DNA of 64,000 nucleotides from Verrucomicrobiota bacterium (GCA_050012855.1 JBEKGJ010000007.1:34241-98240); one strand, 5' to 3'. Positions 13,454 through 23,655 are shown, counted from the stretch's first letter. The notes: a model not told the origin generated them from the sequence alone. Translations and numbers: made by a program.

Positions 13454-14161
13454 TCACTTCCTGCAATCCTGAGCTCGTTTTCCATACAAGAAATCCAGTC
13501 CGTCCTTCTTCTTGTGGCGCGGACTGCGGATAGCAAGAGCAAGCAACAAACGAATCGCTTCCCAAGGACCAACCACGTCGAGCTTCCGCCCCGAAGTGAC
13601 CACCGTCGGCTTGGGCACCGCAAAGCGCCCGACCCTCTTGAGAGCCTGAATGAAGGCGATGTCCTCCCCGGCATATAAACGCTCGGAGAAGCCGCCAGCC
13701 GCATCGTAGGCCTCCCGCGTGCAGAACAGGAAGCAGCCGCCCACCCATCGAATCAGGCGGCCAATCCCAACTCCGACAGGATACATGATGCGGCCCCAAA
13801 GCGGCAAGGGGCGGTCGAATTCAAATACGCAACCGCCACCGGCAGCGCCGGAGCGGAGGGCGTCAAGAGCGGCGCCCACCGCCCATTCGTTTGCCTGTGT
13901 GTCAGCATCCACGAAGAAAAACACCTTGCCCTGAGCCGCGCTTGCTCCGGCATTGCGCGTGGCGGAGATGCGGCGATGCTCGACGCGAATGACACGCGCC
14001 CCCATCTCCTCCGCAATCTGAGGAGTCGAATCGGTTGAGGCGTCATCCACCACGATGACTTCGTGGGCTTCGCCAAGCTTTTCCATGGACGAGCGGATGC
14101 TGGCCAGGCATTTGCCAATCCACAGCTCTTCGTTGTGCGCGGGAATAATGAAGGAAATCAT
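13454..14161 (-). CDS. Family-2 glycosyltransferase
   Basis: MISFIIPAHNEELWIGKCLASI...VIVVDDASTDST...FFFVDADT is the classic GT2 N-terminal fold with a DxD motif. Confidence 0.85.
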   Translation of the reverse strand: MISFIIPAHNEELWIGKCLASIRSSMEKLGEAHEVIVVDDASTDSTPQIAEEMGARVIRVEHRRISATRNAGASAAQGKVFFFVDADTQANEWAVGAALDALRSGAAGGGCVFEFDRPLPLWGRIMYPVGVGIGRLIRWVGGCFLFCTREAYDAAGGFSERLYAGEDIAFIQALKRVGRFAVPKPTVVTSGRKLDVVGPWEAIRLLLALAIRSPRHKKKDGLDFLYGKRAQDCRK

Positions 14162-14251
14162 ACTGGCAGCTAACGGCCCAGCTCAGCGATGCGCCGCCGA
14201 GGGCTCCGGGTTGCAACCGAGACGCGACCGGCGCATTCGCTGAAGCACAAG

Positions 14252-14488
14252 TTAGGCTCCGTCGTCATCCAAAACCGGTGGCGTCGCCGCAAAAAACTCC
14301 AGGTGGCCACACTCGGCACATGCCAGTGAATGTAACCCAATCATGGCCCCACCTTTTCCAATCTTGAATCGGTCTTGGCCGCATAACTGACAAACGAACG
14401 CTTTGCCATGAACTCCATACCGCTTCGCGCCCGTTGCTTTCTTGAACGCGGTCGCGGCACGCTTGAGTGTTGATACTTTAGTGCTCAT
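14252..14488 (-). CDS. Small zinc-ribbon protein
   Basis: 78 aa, lower GC. Contains CQLCGQDRF...CAECGHLEFF (two CxxCG knuckles). The same motif pattern occurs at the C-terminus of the 23319..23654 product. Confidence 0.55.
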   Translation of the reverse strand: MSTKVSTLKRAATAFKKATGAKRYGVHGKAFVCQLCGQDRFKIGKGGAMIGLHSLACAECGHLEFFAATPPVLDDDGA

Positions 14489-14524
14489 AAAATCTTCTGC
14501 CGCCCTGGCAGCCTAACGCAGGTC

Positions 14525-14593
14525 AGCGACGGGAGCCAGCCGCCGATGACGTTCGTATTTCACTCCGAGCGAAACGGCTGGCTCCCGTTCGCT
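14525..14593. repeat. Long imperfect hairpin between two low-GC orphan genes
   Basis: AGCGACGGGAGCCAGCCG (14525-14542) pairs with CGGCTGGCTCCCGTTCGCT (14575-14593). The core is a perfect 13-bp stem with a ~32-nt loop, and no U-tract follows. Confidence 0.5.
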
Positions 14594-14618
14594 GGACCGA
14601 CTGGTTGGCCCCCCCGTT

Positions 14619-15050
14619 TCAATTGCCTCGACATTGGTCAGCATTCTCGGGCGCCTGCTGGACAGAGGCGATCATATGAGAAAACCAGCCGGTCCCAATC
14701 TTCAAAATGAATTCGGGTGCACCGCCCGCTCGAACCGACATCGAGCCCGGCTCGGAATCCTTGGTGAAACGAATATCAGGAGGTAGTCCTCCTTCGTGCA
14801 CCAGTTGGCACCTGAGCCATTTGTAGAAAATGTGCTCAACGGGATGACATTCACCTCGATACTCGACGCTGATGCGGACCGTATGGCAATCGGCGAGAAA
14901 CTTCTCGAATGCTTCTCTGTCTTTCAAGGTTGGATAGCGTCGCCGCGCCGCAGCCGCCACGGCGATCAGCGCGCTAAGGAACGCACCCTCCCGTCTGCCC
15001 GTCTTCCAGAGCAGGAGAGCGTCACCGAGTCTATTATCTATTCCGGACAT
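14619..15050 (-). CDS. Hypothetical protein (no recognisable domain)
   Basis: 143-aa ORF with lower GC than its surroundings and a coherent, non-repetitive sequence. Confidence 0.5.
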   Translation of the reverse strand: MSGIDNRLGDALLLWKTGRREGAFLSALIAVAAAARRRYPTLKDREAFEKFLADCHTVRISVEYRGECHPVEHIFYKWLRCQLVHEGGLPPDIRFTKDSEPGSMSVRAGGAPEFILKIGTGWFSHMIASVQQAPENADQCRGN

Positions 15051-15449
15051 TGCGCAGCAGAGATCAGGGCCAAAGTATTATTGGGACAAAGCCAGGGGCG
15101 AAAGCCGAAGTCGCGGGTGGTTTGTCATGGGATGGAGTGTGTCCGGTTCTGCAGGGCGCAGCAAGCGTGATTTCAAGGGCTTGCGAATGGTGGCCGGTGC
15201 CGGTGGACGGTCGTCCAACGCTTGTCGCAGACCGCTGGGCCGCGACTGGACTGTAATGTCGGCGCTGCGCTGCCGATCCCTGCGGCCACAAGCCGCAAAC
15301 GATGACGGCCTCCCCGCCGGACGATTCCCGGAGTCTTCGGCGGGACGCCGGAGACAGCGGCCGAGGACGGCCGCGCTCCTCAATTCCCACAACGGACCGC
15401 CTTAAACCCTGCTTTTTCGCGCGTTTGGCGGGAAAACCCATTCAGCCGG

Positions 15450-18400
15450 TCACGCGGCGGGCGCGGGCTGGAGGCCCCGGGCGGCCCGGCGACGCTCCCG
15501 CCATTGGGTGAACCGGTGTTGGAGCGCGTCCATGTAAAGATAGAAGACCGGCGTCAGGTAGAGCGTGATGAGCTGGGAAGTGAGCAGTCCGCCGACGATG
15601 ATCAGCCCCAACTGACGCCGGGCCCAGCCGCTGGTGCCCAGCGCAATCGGCAACGACGCCATCAGCGCGGCCATCGTGGTCATCATGATGGGGCGGAACC
15701 GGACGACGCAGCCTTTGAAGATGGCCTCCGTCGGCGGAAGACCTTCGTGGCGCTGCGCCTCCAGCGCGAAGTCAATCTGCATGATGGCGTTTTTCTTCAC
15801 GATACCGATCAACAGGATCAGGCCGACAAAGGAGTACACGTTGAGGTCGTTTTTGAAGATCACCGCGGTCAGGAGCGCGCCCAGCCCGGCTGAGGGCAGG
15901 CCGGAAAGGATGGTGAGCGGGTGGACGAAGCTCTCATACAGGATCCCGAGCACGATGTAGATGAACACGATGGACAGCACCAGGAGCAGACCCAGGCCGG
16001 TGATCGAGGCTTGGAACGCCTGCGCCGTGCCCTGGAAGCTGGGGGTGACCGAGGACGGAAGCGTGGCGCGCGCGTCCTCCTGGACCCGCTCCATCGCCTG
16101 GCTGAGGGCGACGTGCGGGCGCAGATTGAACGAGATGGTCACCGCCGGGAGCTGGCCCAGATGACTGATGGTTTGGGGACCCACGTTCTGCGTGAGTTTG
16201 CCCACGGTGTCGAGCCGCACCAGTTGGCCGGTCGCGGATTTGACATACAGTTTGGAAATGGTGTCAGGATCGCCCTGAAAACGGGGTTCGAGCTCGATCA
16301 GGACCTTGAACTGGTCGTTGGGCGCATAGATGGTGGAGATCCAGCGCGGGCCGAAGCCATCGGCGAGCGCCGATTCGATCTGCCCGGCGGTCAGGCCCAA
16401 CGCGGAGGCCTTGTCGCGGTCAATCTCCAGGTTCACCTGCGGGTTGCGGATTTGCAGGTCGCTGGTGACGTCCTGAAGTTCCGGCAGGTTGCGGAGCCGG
16501 GCTTCGAGCAGCGGGGCGGTGGCGTAGAGCTCGTCCAGATCGGGGCCCTGCAAGGCAAGCTGATAGAGGCTCTTGCTGACCTGGCCGCCGATCCGGATGG
16601 TGGGCGGGTTCTGCATGAACACCCAGATGCCCGGCACGGCGGCGAATTTCGTCCGCAGTTCCTCCATGACGCCGTACACGTCCAGCCGGCGCTCGCGCGT
16701 CGGTTTCAGATGGAGGAACATGCGCCCGTAATTCTGGCTGCCTCCGCCCGCGCTCGAGAAGAAGCCTTCGACATTCGGATCGGTGCGGGCGATTTCCACG
16801 ATGCGCTCCTGGCGACGGACCACCTCCGGAAACGCCGTGCCCAGCGGCGTCTCGGTCGTGATCATGATCTGGCTCGTGTCCTCGTCCGGCAGGAAACCCT
16901 TCGGAATCTTCACCAACATCCACCCGGTGGCCACAAGGACGCCCAGGTTGACGAGCATAACCAGGCGGCGGTGCTGCAAAACCCAGTGGAGCGTGGTCTG
17001 GTACCCCGCCAGCATGGACTCGAAGACCCGTTCGGACGCGCGGAACACCGGCCCATGTTTCGCGGCGCCGTGTGGCCGGAGGAAGCGGCTGCACAACATC
17101 GGCGTCAGCGTCAGCGAGACCATGCCGGAAATCAGAATCGAGGCGCAGATGGTCACCGAGAACTCGCGGAAGAGCCGCCCGATGATGCCGCCCATGAACA
17201 GCAGCGGGATGAAGACCGCCGCGAGGGACAGAGTCATGGACAGAATGGTGAACCCGATCTGCCGGGCGCCCTTCAAGGCCGCCTCCAGTGGCGGCTCGCC
17301 CATCTCCATGTGGCGAACGATGTTTTCGAGCATGACAATCGCGTCGTCCACGACGAACCCAATTGAGAGGGTCAGGGCCAGCAGCGACAGATTGTCGAGC
17401 GAAAAACCGAACAGGAACATGAGGCCGAAGGTGCCCATCAGGCTCAGCGGCAGCGCCAGGCTGGGAATCACGGTGGCCGACACGTTCCGCAAGAAAAGGA
17501 AAATCACCAGGATGACGAGCGCCAGGCTCAGCAGCAGCGTGAACTGCACGTCATGCACCGAATCGCGGATGGTCACCGACCGGTCGTAAACGGTGTGCAG
17601 CTCGACCGACGGCGGCAGATACGACTGGAATGTGGGAAAGAGCTTCTTGATCGAGTCGCAGACCTCGACGGTGTTGGCGCCGGGCTGCCGTTGGACAGCC
17701 AGGATGAGGGACCGGTCATGGTGCTCCGCGTCGTTGAACCAGGAAGCGGTCCGTTCGTCTTCCACGCTGTCGGTCGCACGGCCAATGTCGCGCAAGCGGA
17801 CGGGCGCGCCGTGGCGGTAGGCGACGATGATGTCATTGTAGCGGCTGGCGTCGAGGAGCTGGCCGGAGGCCTGGATCGTGAAGGTGCGTTCCTTGCCGAA
17901 AATCGTGCCCACGGCCAGGTTTACGTTGGCATTGCGGACGGCATTTTCGAATTCATCAATGCCGATGCCCCGATCCGCGAGCGCGTCGGGATTCGCCTGC
18001 ACGTGGACGGCATAGTGCTGGCTGCCGTACACGGAAACCTGGGCCACCCCGTTCACCATCGAGATCCGCTGGGCCATCATCACCTCGCCGTAATTGGCCA
18101 CCGTCCACATCGGCAGGGTCTTCGAGGTCAGCGCCAGGTAGAGGATGGGCGAATCCGCGGGGTTGACCTTGCGGTAGATCGGGGGCTGGGGCATGCCCGG
18201 CGGCAGCAGCGGGGTGGCCTGCGCGATGGCCGCCTCGATGTCCGGCGGGACGTCGGTGATTTTCCGGCGCAGGTTGAACTGGAGCGTGATGGAAACGGAG
18301 CCGAGGCTGCTGATCGAACTCATCGAGTCCACGCCGTCAATCGTCGAGAACTGCCGCTCCAACGGGGTTGCCACCGCCGAGGCCATGGTCGTGGGGTTCG

Positions 18401-18560
18401 CCCCCGGCAGGCTCGCCGACACCATGATCGTGGGAAAATCCACGTTGGGCAGGTCGCTCACCGACAGGGAGCGGTAGGCCATCAGGCCAAACAACAGAAT
18501 GCCCAGCATGACCAGCGTCGTGGCCACCGGCCGGCGGATAAATGGCTCAGACAGACTCAT
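15450..18560 (-). CDS. RND efflux pump inner-membrane transporter (AcrB/HAE1 family)
   Basis: 1036 aa. MSLSEPFIRRPVATTLVMLGILLFG...LPNVDFPTI is the canonical AcrB N-terminus, and the protein has a 12-TM architecture. Confidence 0.95.
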   Translation of the reverse strand: MSLSEPFIRRPVATTLVMLGILLFGLMAYRSLSVSDLPNVDFPTIMVSASLPGANPTTMASAVATPLERQFSTIDGVDSMSSISSLGSVSITLQFNLRRKITDVPPDIEAAIAQATPLLPPGMPQPPIYRKVNPADSPILYLALTSKTLPMWTVANYGEVMMAQRISMVNGVAQVSVYGSQHYAVHVQANPDALADRGIGIDEFENAVRNANVNLAVGTIFGKERTFTIQASGQLLDASRYNDIIVAYRHGAPVRLRDIGRATDSVEDERTASWFNDAEHHDRSLILAVQRQPGANTVEVCDSIKKLFPTFQSYLPPSVELHTVYDRSVTIRDSVHDVQFTLLLSLALVILVIFLFLRNVSATVIPSLALPLSLMGTFGLMFLFGFSLDNLSLLALTLSIGFVVDDAIVMLENIVRHMEMGEPPLEAALKGARQIGFTILSMTLSLAAVFIPLLFMGGIIGRLFREFSVTICASILISGMVSLTLTPMLCSRFLRPHGAAKHGPVFRASERVFESMLAGYQTTLHWVLQHRRLVMLVNLGVLVATGWMLVKIPKGFLPDEDTSQIMITTETPLGTAFPEVVRRQERIVEIARTDPNVEGFFSSAGGGSQNYGRMFLHLKPTRERRLDVYGVMEELRTKFAAVPGIWVFMQNPPTIRIGGQVSKSLYQLALQGPDLDELYATAPLLEARLRNLPELQDVTSDLQIRNPQVNLEIDRDKASALGLTAGQIESALADGFGPRWISTIYAPNDQFKVLIELEPRFQGDPDTISKLYVKSATGQLVRLDTVGKLTQNVGPQTISHLGQLPAVTISFNLRPHVALSQAMERVQEDARATLPSSVTPSFQGTAQAFQASITGLGLLLVLSIVFIYIVLGILYESFVHPLTILSGLPSAGLGALLTAVIFKNDLNVYSFVGLILLIGIVKKNAIMQIDFALEAQRHEGLPPTEAIFKGCVVRFRPIMMTTMAALMASLPIALGTSGWARRQLGLIIVGGLLTSQLITLYLTPVFYLYMDALQHRFTQWRERRRAARGLQPAPAA

Positions 18561-18588
18561 GGGAACGGGTTCCTTTCACGACCGCGCT

Positions 18589-19791
18589 TCACGCCCCCGG
18601 CCTTGCGCCGCCCCCGACCACCTTCACCCGCGAACCCTCAACCAGCCGGAGCTGACCGCTGGTGACGACCCGTTCGCCCGGCCGCAGGCCCTTTGTGACG
18701 ATCGTGACGCCCCCGAAGGCCTGGCCGATTTCCACCGGTCGAATCTCCACGGTGTCGTCCGACCTCACCACGCAAACGTGCTGGCCGGTCTGATCCAATT
18801 GCACCGAGGCCGACGGCACGGTCGCCGTCCCGCGCTCGACGGCCAGTGTCAGCGTGGCCTTCACGAACTGCCCCGGCCAGAGCAGTTCGTCCTCGTTGGG
18901 AAACTCGGCCCGCAGGAGAATCGTGCCGGTGTCCTGGTCCACCTGGTTGTTGATGAGCACGAGGGTGCCCTCGGCGCGGCGCTGATCGTTGCCCGGAATT
19001 GCGACCTCCACCTTCAACGGCGCTTGCTTCTGCCGCTCGCGCAAGGCTGGCAGGAACTGCTCGGGCACGGAGAAATCCACGTAAGTCGGCCGGAGCTGGT
19101 TGATCACGGCCAGCACGGTGTCCACGTCCTTGACGATGTTGCCCTGGTTGACCAGGAGCGTGCCGATGCGGCCGGTGATGGGCGAGGCGATGGTGCAGAA
19201 GCCCAGTTGCACCTCGGCATTGGTGATGGTGGCGGCATCGGCGGCCACGGTGGCTTTCAGCGCGTCCACGTTGGCCCGGCTCTGTTCGTAGTCGGACTCG
19301 GCCACGATCTGGCTGGCCCGCAATTCGTCGGCCCGCCGCAAATCCGCCTGGGCCTTCACCAACCCCGCCTGATCGCGCGCAAGCACCGCCTTCGCCAGGT
19401 CCAGCGACGCCTGCAACGGCCGCGGATCAACCAGGAAAATCAGGTCGCCGGCCCGTACCTCGTCCCCCTGCCGGAAGCCGATCCGGGCCAGTTCACCGAC
19501 CACCCGGCTCTTGACCGACACCGTGGAATAAGGATGGACATTGCCGATCCCGGTGATCTGAACGGGCACGTCCTGGGCCACCACATTCGTGACCCACACC
19601 GGCACCGGCGCGTTGGTCAGGGCACCGCGACCTGGCCGCGCGGCGGGCGCGTTGGTCGGGCCCGGTGTGGCCGCGACGACGCCGGTTGCGGGCGAACAGG
19701 CGGCCAGCAGCAAGAGCACGGCGCCACTGAGACAGACCACCACCGCCACCCGGCTGCACCCGGGCCTGCATTGTTGAAGCATCTGGTCCAT
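18589..19791 (-). CDS. RND efflux periplasmic adaptor (membrane fusion protein, HlyD/AcrA family)
   Basis: Lipoprotein-like leader LLLLAACSP. Sequence shows coiled-coil plus beta-barrel pattern. It lies directly upstream of the RND pump gene. Confidence 0.9.
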   Translation of the reverse strand: MDQMLQQCRPGCSRVAVVVCLSGAVLLLLAACSPATGVVAATPGPTNAPAARPGRGALTNAPVPVWVTNVVAQDVPVQITGIGNVHPYSTVSVKSRVVGELARIGFRQGDEVRAGDLIFLVDPRPLQASLDLAKAVLARDQAGLVKAQADLRRADELRASQIVAESDYEQSRANVDALKATVAADAATITNAEVQLGFCTIASPITGRIGTLLVNQGNIVKDVDTVLAVINQLRPTYVDFSVPEQFLPALRERQKQAPLKVEVAIPGNDQRRAEGTLVLINNQVDQDTGTILLRAEFPNEDELLWPGQFVKATLTLAVERGTATVPSASVQLDQTGQHVCVVRSDDTVEIRPVEIGQAFGGVTIVTKGLRPGERVVTSGQLRLVEGSRVKVVGGGARPGA

Positions 19792-19824
19792 AAAATCGTG
19801 ATGAGGGTGGGCAATGGGTCGGGA

Positions 19825-20445
19825 CTACGGCTGCCGGGCGCCCTGGGCGAAGAGGTCCACGATCCACTCCGCCTGGGCGGCCAGCCCCTCGGACCGCCGG
19901 TGACTGAGGCCCTCACGGGCCAGTTGGTTGATCATGCCGAGCAGCGCCAGCGCCAGCCGGCGCGCATCGCCCTTCCGGACGACGCCCTGCCGCTGGCCGC
20001 GCCGGATGAAGCCCGAAAGGAGCCGGGTATGGCGCTCGACCGCGCCCGTCACGCGCTTCCAGTTGCGTCGCTGGAGGCGCGCCTTCATCTCCAGCCGCTC
20101 GCGCACGAAGGTTTGAAAGAACGTCCGGTTGCGCTCGTAGAACTCCAGTTGCGCCCGCACGGCCCGGGCCAGGACCGCCCACGCCGCGGTTTCATCCCGG
20201 GCCGCCCCTTTCACCTCGCGGCTCAACTCGAGGATCTTTTCCTCAAGCAGCGCGACGTAGAGCTCCTCCTTGTTCTGGAAATAGAGGTAGAGCGTCCCGG
20301 TCGCCGCGCCGGCCGCGCCGGCGATGTCCGCCATCGAAGCGCCCTGGTAGCCCTGAGCCCCGAAAACCCCGGCCGCCGCGGCCAGGAAGGCCAGCCGTCG
20401 CTGGGCGCGCGAACACGCCCGGCCTGGGAGTGAACCGGGATTCAT
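19825..20445 (-). CDS. TetR-family transcriptional regulator
   Basis: Inside ORF 19825..21255, with the true start at MNPGSLPGR (20445). The HTH region [36 protein letters not shown] is typical of the TetR N-terminal domain. It heads the efflux operon. Confidence 0.85.
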   Translation of the reverse strand: MNPGSLPGRACSRAQRRLAFLAAAAGVFGAQGYQGASMADIAGAAGAATGTLYLYFQNKEELYVALLEEKILELSREVKGAARDETAAWAVLARAVRAQLEFYERNRTFFQTFVRERLEMKARLQRRNWKRVTGAVERHTRLLSGFIRRGQRQGVVRKGDARRLALALLGMINQLAREGLSHRRSEGLAAQAEWIVDLFAQGARQP

Positions 20446-20456
20446 TTTTTGAATCC
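20438..20456. promoter_or_regulatory. Candidate TetR operator palindrome
   Basis: GGATTCA-TTTTT-TGAATCC is a perfect 7-bp inverted repeat overlapping the TetR start codon, within the 99-bp divergent tetR/thiM intergenic region. Confidence 0.35.
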
Positions 20457-20544
20457 TAGTTCCTGCGCATCCGCCGTCAACAACGCAGCGGCACGCCGGG
20501 GCCACGGCTTGCGCCCGGCCATCCCCCGCCGTAGCTTCGGCCGC

Positions 20545-21357
20545 ATGGACGATCTTCCGGGACGCATCGCCGACCGGCTCGAGGCCCTGCGCGCCCGCCC
20601 GCCGCTGGTCCACAACCTCACCAATTACGTGGCAATGAACTTTACGGCGAACGCCCTGCTCGCCCTCGGCGCCTCGCCCGTCATGGCTCACGCGCCGGAG
20701 GAAGTCGAGGAGATGGCCGGCCTCGCCGACGCGCTGATCCTCAACCTCGGCACGCTGTCCACCCCCTGGATCGAGTCCATGTTCCGCGCCGCCAACGCGG
20801 CCGACGCCCACGGCATCCCGGTGATCCTCGATCCCGTCGGCGCCGGCGCGACCCGTTTTCGGACGGACACGGCGCAACGCATGTTGAGCGCCTTGCGGCT
20901 GACGGTCGTGCGCGGCAACGCCTCCGAAATCCTGGCGGTCGCCGGCCAGCCCAGCCGCGCCCGCGGCGTGGACGCCACCGACGACGCCGAATCCGCCCGG
21001 GCCGCCGCCCGCGAACTCGCCCGGCAGCACGGCCTGGTCGTCGCCCTGACCGGCGCCGTGGATTTCGTCACCGACGGCACGCGCGCCGCCACCATTGCGA
21101 ATGGCCATCCGCTGATGGCGCGGGTCACCGGCACCGGTTGTGTGGCGACGGCCCTGACCGGGGCGTTCTGCGCGGTCGAGCCGGATGCCTTTTTCGCGGC
21201 AGGCGCGGCGCTCGTGGTGTGGGGGATTGCCGGCGAGTTGGCGGCGCAAGCCCATGATGCGCCCGGTTCGTTCCAGGTGGCCCTGCTCGACGCGCTATTC
21301 CGGATTGACCGGACGACGCTGCGCGAACGCGCGCGGCTGAGTCTGATCTCTACGTAG
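20545..21357 (+). CDS. thiM: Hydroxyethylthiazole kinase
   Basis: Start preferred at [54 protein letters not shown], a characteristic ThiM N-terminus. Confidence 0.85.
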   Translation: MDDLPGRIADRLEALRARPPLVHNLTNYVAMNFTANALLALGASPVMAHAPEEVEEMAGLADALILNLGTLSTPWIESMFRAANAADAHGIPVILDPVGAGATRFRTDTAQRMLSALRLTVVRGNASEILAVAGQPSRARGVDATDDAESARAAARELARQHGLVVALTGAVDFVTDGTRAATIANGHPLMARVTGTGCVATALTGAFCAVEPDAFFAAGAALVVWGIAGELAAQAHDAPGSFQVALLDALFRIDRTTLRERARLSLIST

Positions 21358-21412
21358 TTCCAAAGCCTGCGCCAGCATTTCGGCCTAATGCCGGCGCGCG
21401 GTGGGCCGTGTG

Positions 21413-22204
21413 TCATCGGTGCCAGACGGTGGGGGATTTGGCGCCAGGCGACACCACTGGCGGCGGCACGGGAAGTGGTTTGGCGGCCGGTGGCGCCGAC
21501 GGCGGCGGCGTTTCCGGAGCTTTTGCCGCGGCTTCACCAATCTTGGTCGGCGGGAAGGCCATCTCGCCGATATTGAAACTGGCCAGCGACTTGAGCGCGT
21601 CCGTGGCTAATCCGATGGCCTTGGCGATTTCGGGTGAACGAGCGGTGGTGGTTTCCAGCGATTGATAACCGTTGACGATCCATTCCAGCCCGCCGGTTTG
21701 AATGTCCACGACGAGTCCATGCACCGGGATGCGAGCGCCGATGAGCGGGCTGTGCCGGACGAGCTCACAGGCCTTGATGACGTTTTGTCGTTCGCTGGCG
21801 AACATGCCGAAAAACTCGTTGAGGTTCTCCGGCAGCGCCTGCCGCTCGATGCCCAGCGCCTTCAACTGCTCGAGCAATTGCATCGTGGTCGTTTTACACA
21901 CCTGGCAATCCGTGTGGCCGAGGATGGCGATCTCCCGGCCGCCCTTGACGGCACACGCCAGCGCGAGCGACCGCATCGTGCTGGAGAACGGCCCGGTGAT
22001 GATGTTCCCCGCATTCCGCAACCAGATGAACGCCTCACCCGGCAGGCCGAGCGCATTGGGCATAATCGCGTTGAGCCGCGGGTCCACACACGTCAGCGCG
22101 ATCACCGGCAGCTCGGCGGCGAAGTCGCCCGGCCGCAAGCCCGCGTTCGGGTCGCCCGCGACCGCGCGGTGGTTGGCCTCCAGGATGGCTTCAAACAGGC
22201 GCAT
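21413..22204 (-). CDS. Beta-class carbonic anhydrase with Pro-rich C-terminal extension
   Basis: Zinc ligand motifs CVDPR and GHTDC. C-terminal tail PPPSAPPAAKPLPVPPPVV. The start lies 1 nt after the stop of the upstream gene. Confidence 0.8.
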   Translation of the reverse strand: MRLFEAILEANHRAVAGDPNAGLRPGDFAAELPVIALTCVDPRLNAIMPNALGLPGEAFIWLRNAGNIITGPFSSTMRSLALACAVKGGREIAILGHTDCQVCKTTTMQLLEQLKALGIERQALPENLNEFFGMFASERQNVIKACELVRHSPLIGARIPVHGLVVDIQTGGLEWIVNGYQSLETTTARSPEIAKAIGLATDALKSLASFNIGEMAFPPTKIGEAAAKAPETPPPSAPPAAKPLPVPPPVVSPGAKSPTVWHR

Positions 22205-22205
22205 A

Positions 22206-22745
22206 TCAAAACCATCCTTTCGCCACCCGCGCGCTGCCGACGCCGACCTTGAACGAGGCGTAATCGTTGGTGGCCCGGGCCGGCGCGATCACAACGCGAA
22301 AGGCTGCGTCATCGTGCGGCAACGCGGTGAAACGGCTACGGGCGTTGGCCGCGTCCACCATCACCCCATTGGCGTCGAGGAAACGGCAATCGAATTCCAC
22401 GTCGTGCCAGGCCTCGGAGCTTTGGTTGGTCACCGTGCCGGTCAGGAAGATGCGCAACCCGTCCTTGGTTTCCACCCAGTTCAGCCGCGATTGGAGGACT
22501 TGGAGCGAACCGGGCATTTCCGAGTAAAACGGCCGCGGATTGACGGACCGATCCCATCTTGCTAGGGCAACGTGGCCGAGCCAAGCGAAGGCGATCACCA
22601 TCGGAACTACCCCGGCGGACACGGCGACAATGGGGTGACGGAGCCAACGCCACGTCAGCCACTGCCGGCACCGCGGACATATCTTCGCCAAGGTACTTAT
22701 CTCCTCCGCGCAGCACGGGCAGGTCCGGCGGTCATTGGTGTTCAT
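22206..22745 (-). CDS. Zinc-ribbon / single-TM / beta-rich domain protein (paralog A)
   Basis: Start at MNTNDRRTCPCCAEEISTLAKICPRCRQW (CPxC...CPxC), followed by a TM helix and then LTGTVTNQSSEAWHDVEFDCRFLDANGVMVDA. Paralogous to 22780..23322. Confidence 0.6.
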   Translation of the reverse strand: MNTNDRRTCPCCAEEISTLAKICPRCRQWLTWRWLRHPIVAVSAGVVPMVIAFAWLGHVALARWDRSVNPRPFYSEMPGSLQVLQSRLNWVETKDGLRIFLTGTVTNQSSEAWHDVEFDCRFLDANGVMVDAANARSRFTALPHDDAAFRVVIAPARATNDYASFKVGVGSARVAKGWF

Positions 22746-22779
22746 GTTCCAATCAAGGTTCGAGGTATTGCCACGGACT

Positions 22780-23322
22780 TCAGTCGGGTTCGGCAGCGCG
22801 GTTGCCGTCGGTGGCCATTTGGACGCGGGCCTGGATCGTGGCGATGCGATTCGTGCTAACGGTGGTTCCCAATTCGGAGCGAAAAGCACGTTCGGTATGG
22901 GGCAGCACGACGAACGGCTCTTCCATATCCGGGTGCTGGGCGTCCACCAGGTTGGTGCCCGCATCGAGGAAACGAATCTCCAGCTCCTTCACGCGCCATG
23001 GGTAATCGCCCCGGTTGGTGACGCTGCCGGTCAACCAGAAAATGGCAGGACTCCTGCCCGGCATGAGCGCCGGGCGCATCACCTGGAGTTCGCCGCGCTC
23101 ACGCACAAACCGGCGGCCATCGGCGGCGTCCTCGCGATCAAGCATGGCGCCGACCAGCCCGAACACTAGCAGGAAACCGACGGACACGGAGATGGGAACC
23201 AGCGCTGCCGCCCAGACGGCGCGGCGGGTCTGCAGCGTCTGACAAAAAGGACACTTCTTCGCCGCCGCCTTGATCGTCTCCGCGCACAGCGGGCAGACCT
23301 TGGTATCGGCGGCCGGGTTCAT
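22780..23322 (-). CDS. Zinc-ribbon / single-TM / beta-rich domain protein (paralog B)
   Basis: MNPAADTKVCPLCAETIKAAAKKCPFCQT, a TM helix, then LTGSVTNRGDYPWRVKELEIRFLDAGTNLVDA. The ATG overlaps the upstream stop (ATGA). Confidence 0.6.
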   Translation of the reverse strand: MNPAADTKVCPLCAETIKAAAKKCPFCQTLQTRRAVWAAALVPISVSVGFLLVFGLVGAMLDREDAADGRRFVRERGELQVMRPALMPGRSPAIFWLTGSVTNRGDYPWRVKELEIRFLDAGTNLVDAQHPDMEEPFVVLPHTERAFRSELGTTVSTNRIATIQARVQMATDGNRAAEPD

Positions 23323-23654
23323 GTCGGCATGAACCAGTGCAAACAGCCGCACTGTGCGCAGGTGTAGGCCACATCGGCGCGGCCGGGTGTTGGAGCCGAG
23401 GTGCGGAACGTGTCGTGGCCGCAAACGAGGCATTTCAAGGGCCGGCCTTGCACCTGGACCGGCCCGGGCAAAATGCTGGTTGCGAAAACAGGCGCGGCGA
23501 CGGCAGCCATCGGTTGCACCGTCCCCGAGCGCGACCGTTTCGCCACGAGCATGAGGACCGCAGCTAAAGCCAGGGCGGGCAGGACAATGAAGACGAACAA
23601 CACCGCCAGGATGATGATCACCTCGCCACCGCTCATTCCCATAATCGCAAACAT
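23319..23654 (-). CDS. Single-TM protein with C-terminal zinc ribbon
   Basis: TM helix EVIIILAVLFVFIVLPALALAAVLMLV, then CLVCGHDTF...CAQCGCLHWF. This matches the motif pattern of the 14252..14488 product. Confidence 0.55.
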   Translation of the reverse strand: MFAIMGMSGGEVIIILAVLFVFIVLPALALAAVLMLVAKRSRSGTVQPMAAVAAPVFATSILPGPVQVQGRPLKCLVCGHDTFRTSAPTPGRADVAYTCAQCGCLHWFMPT

Positions 23655-23655
23655 A

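Noticed and set aside
13343-13456. 37-codon ORF (MAAAEAGFVSRQTQGDAERGRKLLAEIRDGVASRARP) ending at the GT2 gene stop
   Set aside because: It has no motif, no upstream signal, and lies in a convergent spacer. Support is insufficient.
14165-14250. Possible duplicated remnant of the RND pump 3' end, which would make the 14.2-15.4 kb orphan pair a fifth terminal-duplication cassette
   Set aside because: Hand alignment of this stretch to 15450-15510 gives only about 45% nucleotide identity and a weak peptide resemblance (LQRMRRSRLGCNPEPSAAHR versus TQWRERRRAARGLQPAPAA). That is not distinguishable from GC-rich background.
20446-20544. TPP riboswitch upstream of thiM
   Set aside because: The 99-bp leader lacks the conserved CUGAGA and ACCUGAUCUGGAUAAUGCCAGCG-type elements. 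The region is better explained as a divergent tetR/thiM promoter with a TetR-type palindrome.
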